Source: a virus. From it: DNA of 64,000 nucleotides. The stretch's first letter is position 1; each line of letters begins with the position of its first letter. This document shows positions 1-9,108 of the stretch, piece by piece. Under the pieces are notes generated by a model. The model saw only the letters and a program-made list of their open reading frames with translations. It did no database searches and was not told where the DNA came from. Location of the stretch: positions 64,001 through 128,000 of IMG/VR virus record IMGVR_UViG_3300002144_000620; one strand, given 5' to 3'. Position numbers and translations under genes: made by a program.

Positions 1-519
1 AACGCTATTATCTTCTTCTTAAGAGCCACTGGTTACGGTGAAATGTATCCAGTTGAGTTGACAGATCCTAAGACAGGCGATAGCTTTATCGAAGATATTG
101 ATATTAGTCAGTTACCAACTAAAGAGGTTTCTTTAATTCCAGATGAAAACGGTGAGTGTTCATTTGTTTTACCTAAATCGGGTAAAACTGTAAAGTTTAA
201 ATACTTAACTTCTTCAGAGGATGAAAAACTAATTAAGGATGATCAAATTAGAACTAAGAAATTAGGTTCGAACGCTATTAATCAGGTTATGACACTTAGG
301 TTACAGAACCAAATTACTGAAGTTGATGGTATTAGGGATAAAACAGCTATTATGCAGTTCGTTGATTCTATGTCACCAATGGATTCATCAAAATTCAGGC
401 AATACTTAACCGAAAACGAACCAGGTTTAGATTTAACCATTAACGTACAAGCTCCAAGTGGAGAGTTTTTTTTTGGTGAACTTCCGATTACAGCAAAATT
501 TCTTTGGCCTTACGTCTGA
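1..519 (+). CDS. Tail/baseplate-hub assembly chaperone (T4 gp26-like), 5'-truncated by the window edge
   Basis: Frame is open from base 1 (NAIIFFLRATGYGEM...), so the start lies upstream of the window. Contains LPKSGKTVKFKYLT and ends FLWP, as in jumbo-myophage tail chaperones. Lies upstream of the tape-measure genes. Confidence 0.7.
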   Translation, partial: NAIIFFLRATGYGEMYPVELTDPKTGDSFIEDIDISQLPTKEVSLIPDENGECSFVLPKSGKTVKFKYLTSSEDEKLIKDDQIRTKKLGSNAINQVMTLRLQNQITEVDGIRDKTAIMQFVDSMSPMDSSKFRQYLTENEPGLDLTINVQAPSGEFFFGELPITAKFLWPYV

Positions 520-706
520 TTATAGGTCACAAATGATGTACGAATCGTATATCCTTGTGAAACACGCTAACTTTACATACGCTGATGTAATTAGTATGCC
601 AGTCTTTGAAAGAAGAAAGTTTATTGAGATACTAATGGAAGAGAATGAAAAAGTAAAAGAGGCGAGAGAAAGAGAAATGCAAAAATCTAGATCTAAAAGA
701 AAATAA
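458..706 (+). CDS. Tail assembly chaperone C-terminal extension (gpGT/T-like), probably reached by frameshift or from ATG near 533
   Basis: Overlaps the chaperone in the +1 frame. Sequence FFGLTSDYR...FTYADVISMPVFERRKFI is typical of T-type chaperone segments. The tracked GTG start at 458 is unconvincing. Confidence 0.6.
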   Translation: MESFFLVNFRLQQNFFGLTSDYRSQMMYESYILVKHANFTYADVISMPVFERRKFIEILMEENEKVKEAREREMQKSRSKRK

Positions 707-707
707 T

Positions 708-735
708 AAAAACCCACTTTAACGGTGGGTTTTTT
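708..735 (+). terminator. Rho-independent terminator
   Basis: AAAAACCCAC-tttaacg-GTGGGTTTTTT directly after the stop at 706. Confidence 0.85.
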
Positions 736-745
736 GTTTTGAAGA

Positions 746-753
746 TATTTATA
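746..753 (+). promoter_or_regulatory. Putative phage late promoter TATTTATA
   Basis: Recurring intergenic motif, 12 nt before ATG 766 and just after a terminator. Confidence 0.6.
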
Positions 754-765
754 TATAAATAAAAC

Positions 766-1530
766 ATGAGAAAGTATATTATAACGGAATCACAGTTAGG
801 TTTAATAGTTAAAAACGCTAGCGACTCACAATTAAACGAAACTTCTGTTCAGAATAGTTCAACACCAATAAGTTTCGATGAATTTTTAAAAGCAACTGAA
901 GTTGATAACATTAAAAATAACGTAAATGCGAAACCAAACAACCCAGATGACATTAAAGCATTTGTACAAGCGCAAATAGCTAGCGTTGGTTCAAACAAAG
1001 GTGCTGAAATGACAGATAAGGCTCTTAAAGATATTGCTGGGGAACACTATATGGATTACCATAGAGGTTATCGTATAGAACCATTTGACGAAGTAGATAA
1101 TCTATCAATAATAGTTTGTTCTATAGTTTACTTTTACTATAAAGAAGGTAAAATCGCATCATTCAACTTAAAAGATGTTTATAGTAGTTGGGATGCCAAC
1201 TATAGATATTTACAGAAAAATGGTATAGATAACGGTAAACTAAAACAATTACTAAGAACAAAATTTAAAGCAGATTTAAATGCGTTACCAACTATAGATA
1301 GCGATAAAGAAGTTACTTTAATATCTAAAGATGGGTCTATATCAGCACAAGTATTAAAATCAAATAAAGATATAACTAGAGTTAGTTTTAATTTTTTAGA
1401 TAAAAATGGTTTAGATTATTTTTACAGTACATTTTTAAGAAATGGTAATAACCTTAAAAATATAAGATTAGCTATTGGAAGAAACGTTACACCTAGTTTA
1501 GATAAAGGGTCTTTAATATTTAAATTTTAA
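766..1530 (+). CDS. Hypothetical late protein, possibly an internal virion protein
   Basis: 254-aa ORF. N-terminus MRKYIITESQLGLIV has I/L-x-E motifs; own late motif upstream. Confidence 0.55.
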   Translation: MRKYIITESQLGLIVKNASDSQLNETSVQNSSTPISFDEFLKATEVDNIKNNVNAKPNNPDDIKAFVQAQIASVGSNKGAEMTDKALKDIAGEHYMDYHRGYRIEPFDEVDNLSIIVCSIVYFYYKEGKIASFNLKDVYSSWDANYRYLQKNGIDNGKLKQLLRTKFKADLNALPTIDSDKEVTLISKDGSISAQVLKSNKDITRVSFNFLDKNGLDYFYSTFLRNGNNLKNIRLAIGRNVTPSLDKGSLIFKF

Positions 1531-1535
1531 TTAAA

Positions 1536-4184
1536 ATGGTACAAGGTAACTTTGCATCTAAATTTCAAAAAGCTATCGATACTTACGATTCGTTAGTTAA
1601 ATCTGGTCAAATTAGTAACCAGACTAAGATATATAGTTTACAAAGTTCAATTAATAGTGCTGCCGAATATGCTTTAAACAAAAAAGAATCTTATCAATTA
1701 GACCTAAAAAATGAAACTATAGGTCAGTGGAGTAGAAGGGTATTTAATGAAAAAGCGGAGGAGGATAAAGTTAAATCAAATTTTAAACGTGACCAAAAAA
1801 TATTAACTAAACAAATTAACGATTACAAGAAAAAAGAGTTAAAAGCTCAAAAGTCTAATAATAAGAGTCAAGAAAAATTAATAAAGGAAAGAAGGACCCA
1901 ATTAGAGACCACTAAAAAAATGAAAGAAGCTGAATCAGAGGCTTTCAGTGCAACATCTAAAATAGCTGGTAAGGGTGGTGGTAATCCTTACATTGCTGCT
2001 ATATTAGTTGTTAGTGGTGCTATATTAAGCGCAGCAAAAAGTATTTTAGGTACTGCTGTGGGTTTACTAAAAAAATTAATACCGAAAAACTTTGATTTTT
2101 TGGCACCGTACAAATGGTTTTTAAAATTTCAAACCTTATCGGGTGATATATCGGTTAACGCTGGTTTAATAGCATCAGAATCAGCTAATTTTTTAGACAA
2201 CCTACCTATGATGATGCAGGATGTACTAGACGTTGGTGGTACATTAGAAGATATTAATAAAGTATTTAAAAAATTTAGTGAAGTAACTAATAAAAACAGG
2301 TTATTCACAAGTAAGGAGTATAAAGGTATATTAAATTTAGGTTTAGGTACATCACTTGGAGCTGAAGGTGCTGCTGATTTCGTTGGTAACTTTGAGAATA
2401 TGGGTTATTCAGTTGATAAAACATTAGAATTCACTGAATATGTTAGAGGTAAAGCAATGAGTATAAACCTTAACCAATCTAACATACTTAATAAGATTAA
2501 CCAATTAACCCTATCCTTAACAGGTTTTGGTATATCTATGGGTCTTAAAGGTATGGCTAAACTAGTAACAAAATCCGTTAAATTAAGATTTGATGTTGTT
2601 GGTTCGGTAAAAGCTTTTCAAGATGCATTTAAAGATCCAGAAGTAGCTGTTGAGGTTGCAGCCAAAGCTAAACTACTTGGTGGTAAATTCGCTTTTTATT
2701 TTGGTGACCCTTTTACTTTAATGGGTAAAAGTATATTAGAACCAGAAGAACTAACCGCTGATTTAATTGAAGCTTTAAAAGATAAAGCCTTTAAAGGTAA
2801 AAACGGTTTTGAAATCGCACCAGCTGATCGTGAAATGATTAGAGAGTTATCTAAAGCATTGGGTCAAGACCCTGAAAACATAATCACATTAGCTATCGAA
2901 CAAGGTAAGGATTTGGATAAAGTTAACGCACTTAGAAAACGAGGTATATTCGAGACTAATATGGATGAAGATAAAGCTGAGTTATTAAAAAATCTAATGA
3001 CATTAAACGAAGACGGTTCTTACAGTATACGATTATCAAATGGTGTTACACAAAGATTATCTGAGATACCTAGTAATGTAACTATATTTAAAACGTTACA
3101 ACAAGAGAGAAAAAATAACGAATCTGCACTATTAAGAAAATCGTTAGCTGAAAGAATAGGTATTGTTATCGATAGGTTTATGATTGGGTTTTCACAGGTA
3201 TTTGTTGAATTAAATAAATATTTCAGAGATTTTGATACCATAACAAATCTAGATAACACCGTTAAATCCATAAGCGATGGTATGGGTAAATTTTTAACAG
3301 ATAAATTTGATAGCGATTGGGGTGATATACTAAAAAATGGTTTAAAAACAGCTAACTTAATGATAGATAACCTATTATTAGTTTGGAACGACCCCAATAA
3401 AGGACTACCAGTTATTTTAGCCGATTCAATGGATATTATAAAAGATGCTTTAATGAAATATATGATCAAACCGTTAGAATTTTATAGCGGTAAACTAGTG
3501 TACGGAATAGGTAAAGGGCTTGATAAAAAAACTTTTGGTCTTTTCGGTAAAAGCATAATGCAATCTGGTTTAAATATGCAAAAAAGCGGTTTAGAGGGTT
3601 CTAGTACTACTTTTTATGAAAATAATGAAAATGGGTTAAGAACTCGTATCGACAATTACAACAAAAATTATGCTAATAATGATATATCATCAAACCTAAC
3701 AACTACGATAAGTAAACGAATACTTAAAAAAATACCTTTTATTGGGGCGGTTATAGGTACCGTGGAGGCGCTTGGTTACGTACTAGAAGGTAATTACGGT
3801 CAAGCTGGAATGGCGTTTGGGTCAGGTGTCTTAAGTACCGTACCAGGTCTTGGTACAGCCGCAAGTATTGGTCTTGACGCTATTAATATGGGTATTGATT
3901 CCCAAAAAGATTATAAGGTTCAGAATATCGAGAAAGCTAATGATTTAATTTACCATAGTAGCGGTTCGATAGAAAAAGGTGCCAAAGGGGACGCTAAATC
4001 ATATATAGATGAACTTGCTGGGGGTAAATCAAATAGTTACAGTAAAGCAAATAGTTTTAATCTGGTATTATCTGGTAAGATTATTAATAAATATAGAGAA
4101 GGTTTTTATGATAAAAACACTCATAATACTACCATAACTTCTTCTAAAATGGTATTAAAACAAATGATAGCTAATTTAGCTTAA
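1536..4184 (+). CDS. Tape-measure-like protein A (882 aa)
   Basis: Long helical/coiled-coil A/K/G-rich protein with hydrophobic segments (KKIPFIGAVIG...VPGLGTAASIG). Lies between the tail chaperone and baseplate genes; paralogous to 6276..9077. Confidence 0.7.
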   Translation: MVQGNFASKFQKAIDTYDSLVKSGQISNQTKIYSLQSSINSAAEYALNKKESYQLDLKNETIGQWSRRVFNEKAEEDKVKSNFKRDQKILTKQINDYKKKELKAQKSNNKSQEKLIKERRTQLETTKKMKEAESEAFSATSKIAGKGGGNPYIAAILVVSGAILSAAKSILGTAVGLLKKLIPKNFDFLAPYKWFLKFQTLSGDISVNAGLIASESANFLDNLPMMMQDVLDVGGTLEDINKVFKKFSEVTNKNRLFTSKEYKGILNLGLGTSLGAEGAADFVGNFENMGYSVDKTLEFTEYVRGKAMSINLNQSNILNKINQLTLSLTGFGISMGLKGMAKLVTKSVKLRFDVVGSVKAFQDAFKDPEVAVEVAAKAKLLGGKFAFYFGDPFTLMGKSILEPEELTADLIEALKDKAFKGKNGFEIAPADREMIRELSKALGQDPENIITLAIEQGKDLDKVNALRKRGIFETNMDEDKAELLKNLMTLNEDGSYSIRLSNGVTQRLSEIPSNVTIFKTLQQERKNNESALLRKSLAERIGIVIDRFMIGFSQVFVELNKYFRDFDTITNLDNTVKSISDGMGKFLTDKFDSDWGDILKNGLKTANLMIDNLLLVWNDPNKGLPVILADSMDIIKDALMKYMIKPLEFYSGKLVYGIGKGLDKKTFGLFGKSIMQSGLNMQKSGLEGSSTTFYENNENGLRTRIDNYNKNYANNDISSNLTTTISKRILKKIPFIGAVIGTVEALGYVLEGNYGQAGMAFGSGVLSTVPGLGTAASIGLDAINMGIDSQKDYKVQNIEKANDLIYHSSGSIEKGAKGDAKSYIDELAGGKSNSYSKANSFNLVLSGKIINKYREGFYDKNTHNTTITSSKMVLKQMIANLA

Positions 4185-4211
4185 TAATGAATATAAAAAC
4201 AATTTCTTTTG

Positions 4212-4219
4212 TATTTATA
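4212..4219 (+). promoter_or_regulatory. Putative late promoter TATTTATA (duplicated at 6240-6247)
   Basis: Intergenic motif 28 nt upstream of ATG 4248 and of ATG 6276. Confidence 0.55.
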
Positions 4220-4247
4220 GTTAAGGAATATATAGTAAATTTAATAT

Positions 4248-6212
4248 ATGGCACAAGGTGATTTTTTTAGTGATTTAAGTAATGCGGCTGATAAGTTAAA
4301 TCAAGCTGCTAAAGACGGTGTGATCAATAACTCAACCCAAGAGCAACAGATGGAACGTATGTTAGAAATGTACGAAGCTATAAACGCTAAAAAAGCCGCT
4401 GGATTCAAATGGGATTTAAAATCAGAAACAATTGGTGCTAACATCAGACGCTGGGGTAAAGGAATGGTTGATGACGCCAACAAGCTAAAAAAAGCTAAAA
4501 AGGGTTTAGTGATACAACAAAAAAGTATTAATAAACTTAATGATCTTGAGCTTAAATTAATAAAAGAGGGTAAAAAAGAAACTGCTGAGTTAGTAAAAAA
4601 GAAGAAAGAACAAGCTGTATTAGAAAAAGAAATATCTCAAGTTAATCTTAATGTTGCCAAAAGTGCTAGTAGTAAACTAGGTAGCGTTATGGCTGGCTTT
4701 AGTAACTTCGGTAAAAGCGCTATGAACCTTTTTAGTCCACTAAGTGGTATTTTTAGTTTTATATTAGGTACGGTTTTCTCAATAGGTAAATCACTATTCA
4801 ACATATTATTACCAATAGAAAAAGCATGGAAAATGTTTCTCGAAATGCAGAAAGCTGTTGGAGGCCTATCTGCTGATATTGGTTTAACCAATAAAGAGTA
4901 CATGGGTCTATTAAGTAGAATGCCTATGTTATATAGCGATATTGCTGGATATGGTGGTAAAATAGAAGATATAGCAACTATTATCGGTACTTTTAGTAAA
5001 AATACTGGTAAAAACCGATTATTCTCAAACGAAGAAATTGAAGGTATTGTTAAATTAGGTTATAGTACTGGACTAGGCGTTGATGGTGTAACCGAAATGG
5101 TTGGTGAATTTGATAACTTAGGTTATTCATTAGAACAAACAATGAAAACAGCTGACAAGGGTAGAAAACTTGCCGCTAAATTCAGTATTAATCAAACTAA
5201 GTTACTCAAAACAACAACAGATGTTGTTAAAAATTTAACAGGAACAGCCTTTGGTAGAAGTGTTGAAGATTTAACTAAATTATCAGCTAAAGCACAATCA
5301 TTAAGGTTTAATTTAGCTGAGTCAATTAAATCTTTTAAAGATTCGTTCTTTAGCCCAGAAAAAGCTATTGAGGCGGCAGCTAAAATACAGGTACTAGGTG
5401 GTGAAATGGCGCAACAATTTGGGGACCCTTTCTCATTAATGTATGATTCAATGAATAACGCTGATGGCATGGCCGAGAAATTGATTAATAGTGCTAAAAA
5501 TTTGGCTACAAAAAATAAAAACAATGAATTTATAATACCACCAGCACAAAGACAAATATTAAGAGAACAAGCTGAAGCCTTAGGTCAAAATTATGATGAG
5601 ATTGTTAATGCTGGTATAGAGCAAGCTAGAACAGCCGATAAGTTAATATCGTTAAGTAAAGCATCTGGTTCATTAACCAATTTTAATGATGATGACCAAC
5701 AAGCGTTAGCTAATCTAATGACATTAGGTAAAAACGGTTACGAGATTAAAATGCCTAACGGTATTAGTAAATTAGTTAGTACCATAACCAGCGAAGATCA
5801 ATTAAAAAACATATTATCAGCTAGACAAGCTAATGAAAATGCAGCGCAAGAAAGACTAAACTTATCTGAAAGATTCAGTATTGTATTGGATAGATTCGCA
5901 ATAGGTTTAACACCCTTATTCGTTGATTCCCAAAAAGATTATAAAGTTCAGAATATCGAGAAAGCTAATGATTTAATTTACCATAGTAGCGGTTCTATAG
6001 AAAAAGGCGCTAAAGGGGACGCTAAATCATATATAGATGAACTTGCTGGGGGTAAATCAAATAGTTACAGTAAAGCAAATAGTTTTAATCTAGTATTATC
6101 TGGTAAGATTATTAATAAATATAGAGAAGGTTTTTATGATAAAAACACTCACAATACCACCATAACTTCGTCTAAAATGGTATTAAAACAAATGATAGCT
6201 AATTTAGCTTAA
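4248..6212 (+). CDS. Chimeric tape-measure-like protein: N-terminal ~559 aa of protein B fused in frame to the last ~95 aa of protein A
   Basis: Identical to 6276..9077 up to LTPLFV, then identical to the end of 1536..4184 (DSQKDYK...MIANLA). Could be an assembly artefact. Confidence 0.6.
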   Translation: MAQGDFFSDLSNAADKLNQAAKDGVINNSTQEQQMERMLEMYEAINAKKAAGFKWDLKSETIGANIRRWGKGMVDDANKLKKAKKGLVIQQKSINKLNDLELKLIKEGKKETAELVKKKKEQAVLEKEISQVNLNVAKSASSKLGSVMAGFSNFGKSAMNLFSPLSGIFSFILGTVFSIGKSLFNILLPIEKAWKMFLEMQKAVGGLSADIGLTNKEYMGLLSRMPMLYSDIAGYGGKIEDIATIIGTFSKNTGKNRLFSNEEIEGIVKLGYSTGLGVDGVTEMVGEFDNLGYSLEQTMKTADKGRKLAAKFSINQTKLLKTTTDVVKNLTGTAFGRSVEDLTKLSAKAQSLRFNLAESIKSFKDSFFSPEKAIEAAAKIQVLGGEMAQQFGDPFSLMYDSMNNADGMAEKLINSAKNLATKNKNNEFIIPPAQRQILREQAEALGQNYDEIVNAGIEQARTADKLISLSKASGSLTNFNDDDQQALANLMTLGKNGYEIKMPNGISKLVSTITSEDQLKNILSARQANENAAQERLNLSERFSIVLDRFAIGLTPLFVDSQKDYKVQNIEKANDLIYHSSGSIEKGAKGDAKSYIDELAGGKSNSYSKANSFNLVLSGKIINKYREGFYDKNTHNTTITSSKMVLKQMIANLA

Positions 6213-6275
6213 TAATGAATATAAAAACAATTTCTTTTGTATTTATAGTTAAGGAATATATAGTAAATTTAATAT

Positions 6276-9077
6276 ATGGCACAAGGTGATTTTTTTAGTG
6301 ATTTAAGTAATGCGGCTGATAAGTTAAATCAAGCTGCTAAAGACGGTGTGATCAATAACTCAACCCAAGAGCAACAGATGGAACGTATGTTAGAAATGTA
6401 CGAAGCTATAAACGCTAAAAAAGCCGCTGGATTCAAATGGGATTTAAAATCAGAAACAATTGGTGCTAACATCAGACGCTGGGGTAAAGGAATGGTTGAT
6501 GACGCCAACAAGCTAAAAAAAGCTAAAAAGGGTTTAGTGATACAACAAAAAAGTATTAATAAACTTAATGATCTTGAGCTTAAATTAATAAAAGAGGGTA
6601 AAAAAGAAACTGCTGAGTTAGTAAAAAAGAAGAAAGAACAAGCTGTATTAGAAAAAGAAATATCTCAAGTTAATCTTAATGTTGCCAAAAGTGCTAGTAG
6701 TAAACTAGGTAGCGTTATGGCTGGCTTTAGTAACTTCGGTAAAAGCGCTATGAACCTTTTTAGTCCACTAAGTGGTATTTTTAGTTTTATATTAGGTACG
6801 GTTTTCTCAATAGGTAAATCACTATTCAACATATTATTACCAATAGAAAAAGCATGGAAAATGTTTCTCGAAATGCAGAAAGCTGTTGGAGGCCTATCTG
6901 CTGATATTGGTTTAACCAATAAAGAGTACATGGGTCTATTAAGTAGAATGCCTATGTTATATAGCGATATTGCTGGATATGGTGGTAAAATAGAAGATAT
7001 AGCAACTATTATCGGTACTTTTAGTAAAAATACTGGTAAAAACCGATTATTCTCAAACGAAGAAATTGAAGGTATTGTTAAATTAGGTTATAGTACTGGA
7101 CTAGGTGTTGATGGTGTAACCGAAATGGTTGGTGAATTTGATAACTTAGGTTATTCATTAGAACAAACAATGAAAACAGCTGACAAGGGTAGAAAACTTG
7201 CCGCTAAATTCAGTATTAATCAAACTAAGTTACTCAAAACAACAACAGATGTTGTTAAAAATTTAACAGGAACAGCCTTTGGTAGAAGTGTTGAAGATTT
7301 AACTAAATTATCAGCTAAAGCACAATCATTAAGGTTTAATTTAGCTGAGTCAATTAAATCTTTTAAAGATTCGTTCTTTAGCCCAGAAAAAGCTATTGAG
7401 GCGGCAGCTAAAATACAGGTACTAGGTGGTGAAATGGCGCAACAATTTGGGGACCCTTTCTCATTAATGTATGATTCAATGAATAACGCTGATGGCATGG
7501 CCGAGAAATTGATTAATAGTGCTAAAAATTTGGCTACAAAAAATAAAAACAATGAATTTATAATACCACCAGCACAAAGACAAATATTAAGAGAACAAGC
7601 TGAAGCCTTAGGTCAAAATTATGATGAGATTGTTAATGCTGGTATAGAGCAAGCTAGAACAGCCGATAAGTTAATATCGTTAAGTAAAGCATCTGGTTCA
7701 TTAACCAATTTTAATGATGATGACCAACAAGCGTTAGCTAATCTAATGACATTAGGTAAAAACGGTTACGAGATTAAAATGCCTAACGGTATTAGTAAAT
7801 TAGTTAGTACCATAACCAGCGAAGATCAATTAAAAAACATATTATCAGCTAGACAAGCTAATGAAAATGCAGCGCAAGAAAGACTAAACTTATCTGAAAG
7901 ATTCAGTATTGTATTGGATAGATTCGCAATAGGTTTAACACCCTTATTCGTTAAATTAAATGAGTTTTTAGCTGATACAGGTACCCTACAAAAAATAGAG
8001 GATTTAGGTAGAGCAATATCAACACAAATGATACCATTTATTGAAGGTATTTTTACACCAGGAGGTACTGTTGATACGGGTTTAAGGTTTTTCTTAAACG
8101 ATTTTGATAAATTTTTAGTTGATGCTAAAAAAATGATGGATGGTAAGGGTGACTTCTTTACTAAAATAAAAGGTGTGTTTACAACAATGGTTAAATTTGT
8201 AGTGGACACAATATTACCATACGTACAGTATATATTTGGTAATATACTGACAGCAATGAAAGATATACCAGGTATTGGAGATGCTATGAATGTCGCTGGT
8301 CAACAACTTATAGCCAAATCATTCCAAGTTGGAAAAGATGCTGAAGGGAAACCAACTTACAATAAAGGTACTGTCGGAATGGCTGGAGGATCTACAGAAG
8401 CTAACAAACTAATAGATGTGGCTAAAAAAAATCTAACCGAATCAGAGAGTAGTAATAATTTTTTTACCAGAGCTGGTAGTTCAATTTTAAATTTACTTGA
8501 AGGTACAGCTAACAGTATAGTGGCTGGAGGTGGTGAGTATATGAATGCCGTTTACGGAACAGCCTTCGATACTGAAGGTGCTCAAAGCGCAGCTAGAATA
8601 GCATTGGAATTATCTGGAGCTCAAATTGTCGATGCTTTTGGTGGTGTTTTTTCTAAAGGTTTGGATAAAAATTCATTTGAGATGGACGCCAGAGATAGGA
8701 TGAGAGTTGACGAAGGGTATAATGCGTCAGCAGATGACCACCTTAAACACATAGGTGTTCAAGATGCTATGCTTTATTCCGATGGTAGATTAATTAAAGG
8801 TAGTAAAGGTGATGCTATTGCTTTTATAGACGAAATGGCTTACGGTAAAGCACATAGTCAATCTTCTAACAATAATTCATCAACAATGACTGTTAACGTA
8901 TCTGGTACTATCGAACACGATACACCTAATGGCACAAAAACTATAACAGCTAAACAATTATACGATTCAGATCCACAAATGTTTGGTGAGTTTATCTCAT
9001 CAACAATAGCTAAACGTGATTATGGTAGTGGTAATTATATCGTTGATTTTGGTGTAACACCTGTCAATGATATATGA
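6276..9077 (+). CDS. Tape-measure-like protein B (933 aa)
   Basis: Helical A/K/G-rich protein sharing blocks with protein A (DLKxETIG, FGDPFxLM, ERxxIVxDRFxIG, KGxKGDAxxxIDE); immediately upstream of the baseplate genes. Confidence 0.7.
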   Translation: MAQGDFFSDLSNAADKLNQAAKDGVINNSTQEQQMERMLEMYEAINAKKAAGFKWDLKSETIGANIRRWGKGMVDDANKLKKAKKGLVIQQKSINKLNDLELKLIKEGKKETAELVKKKKEQAVLEKEISQVNLNVAKSASSKLGSVMAGFSNFGKSAMNLFSPLSGIFSFILGTVFSIGKSLFNILLPIEKAWKMFLEMQKAVGGLSADIGLTNKEYMGLLSRMPMLYSDIAGYGGKIEDIATIIGTFSKNTGKNRLFSNEEIEGIVKLGYSTGLGVDGVTEMVGEFDNLGYSLEQTMKTADKGRKLAAKFSINQTKLLKTTTDVVKNLTGTAFGRSVEDLTKLSAKAQSLRFNLAESIKSFKDSFFSPEKAIEAAAKIQVLGGEMAQQFGDPFSLMYDSMNNADGMAEKLINSAKNLATKNKNNEFIIPPAQRQILREQAEALGQNYDEIVNAGIEQARTADKLISLSKASGSLTNFNDDDQQALANLMTLGKNGYEIKMPNGISKLVSTITSEDQLKNILSARQANENAAQERLNLSERFSIVLDRFAIGLTPLFVKLNEFLADTGTLQKIEDLGRAISTQMIPFIEGIFTPGGTVDTGLRFFLNDFDKFLVDAKKMMDGKGDFFTKIKGVFTTMVKFVVDTILPYVQYIFGNILTAMKDIPGIGDAMNVAGQQLIAKSFQVGKDAEGKPTYNKGTVGMAGGSTEANKLIDVAKKNLTESESSNNFFTRAGSSILNLLEGTANSIVAGGGEYMNAVYGTAFDTEGAQSAARIALELSGAQIVDAFGGVFSKGLDKNSFEMDARDRMRVDEGYNASADDHLKHIGVQDAMLYSDGRLIKGSKGDAIAFIDEMAYGKAHSQSSNNNSSTMTVNVSGTIEHDTPNGTKTITAKQLYDSDPQMFGEFISSTIAKRDYGSGNYIVDFGVTPVNDI

Positions 9078-9096
9078 TAAAAAAATTAATTAAAAG

Positions 9097-9104
9097 TATT
9101 TATA
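9097..9104 (+). promoter_or_regulatory. Putative late promoter TATTTATA
   Basis: In the 31-nt intergenic gap, 4 nt before ATG 9109. Confidence 0.55.
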
Positions 9105-9108
9105 AAAT

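Larger units (their letters stand above)
3895..7952. repeat. Tandem direct duplication, period 2028 bp (3895-5922 / 5923-7950), TT microhomology at the junctions
   Basis: Base-by-base comparison at offset 2028. I found nine differences, all synonymous (3917, 3968, 3980, 3983, 4064, 4124, 4130, 4142, 5078). Confidence 0.97.

Noticed and set aside
3895-6212. Diversity-generating retroelement TR/VR pair at the duplicated C-terminus
   Set aside because: Differences are not adenine-specific, all are synonymous, and no reverse transcriptase is present in the window
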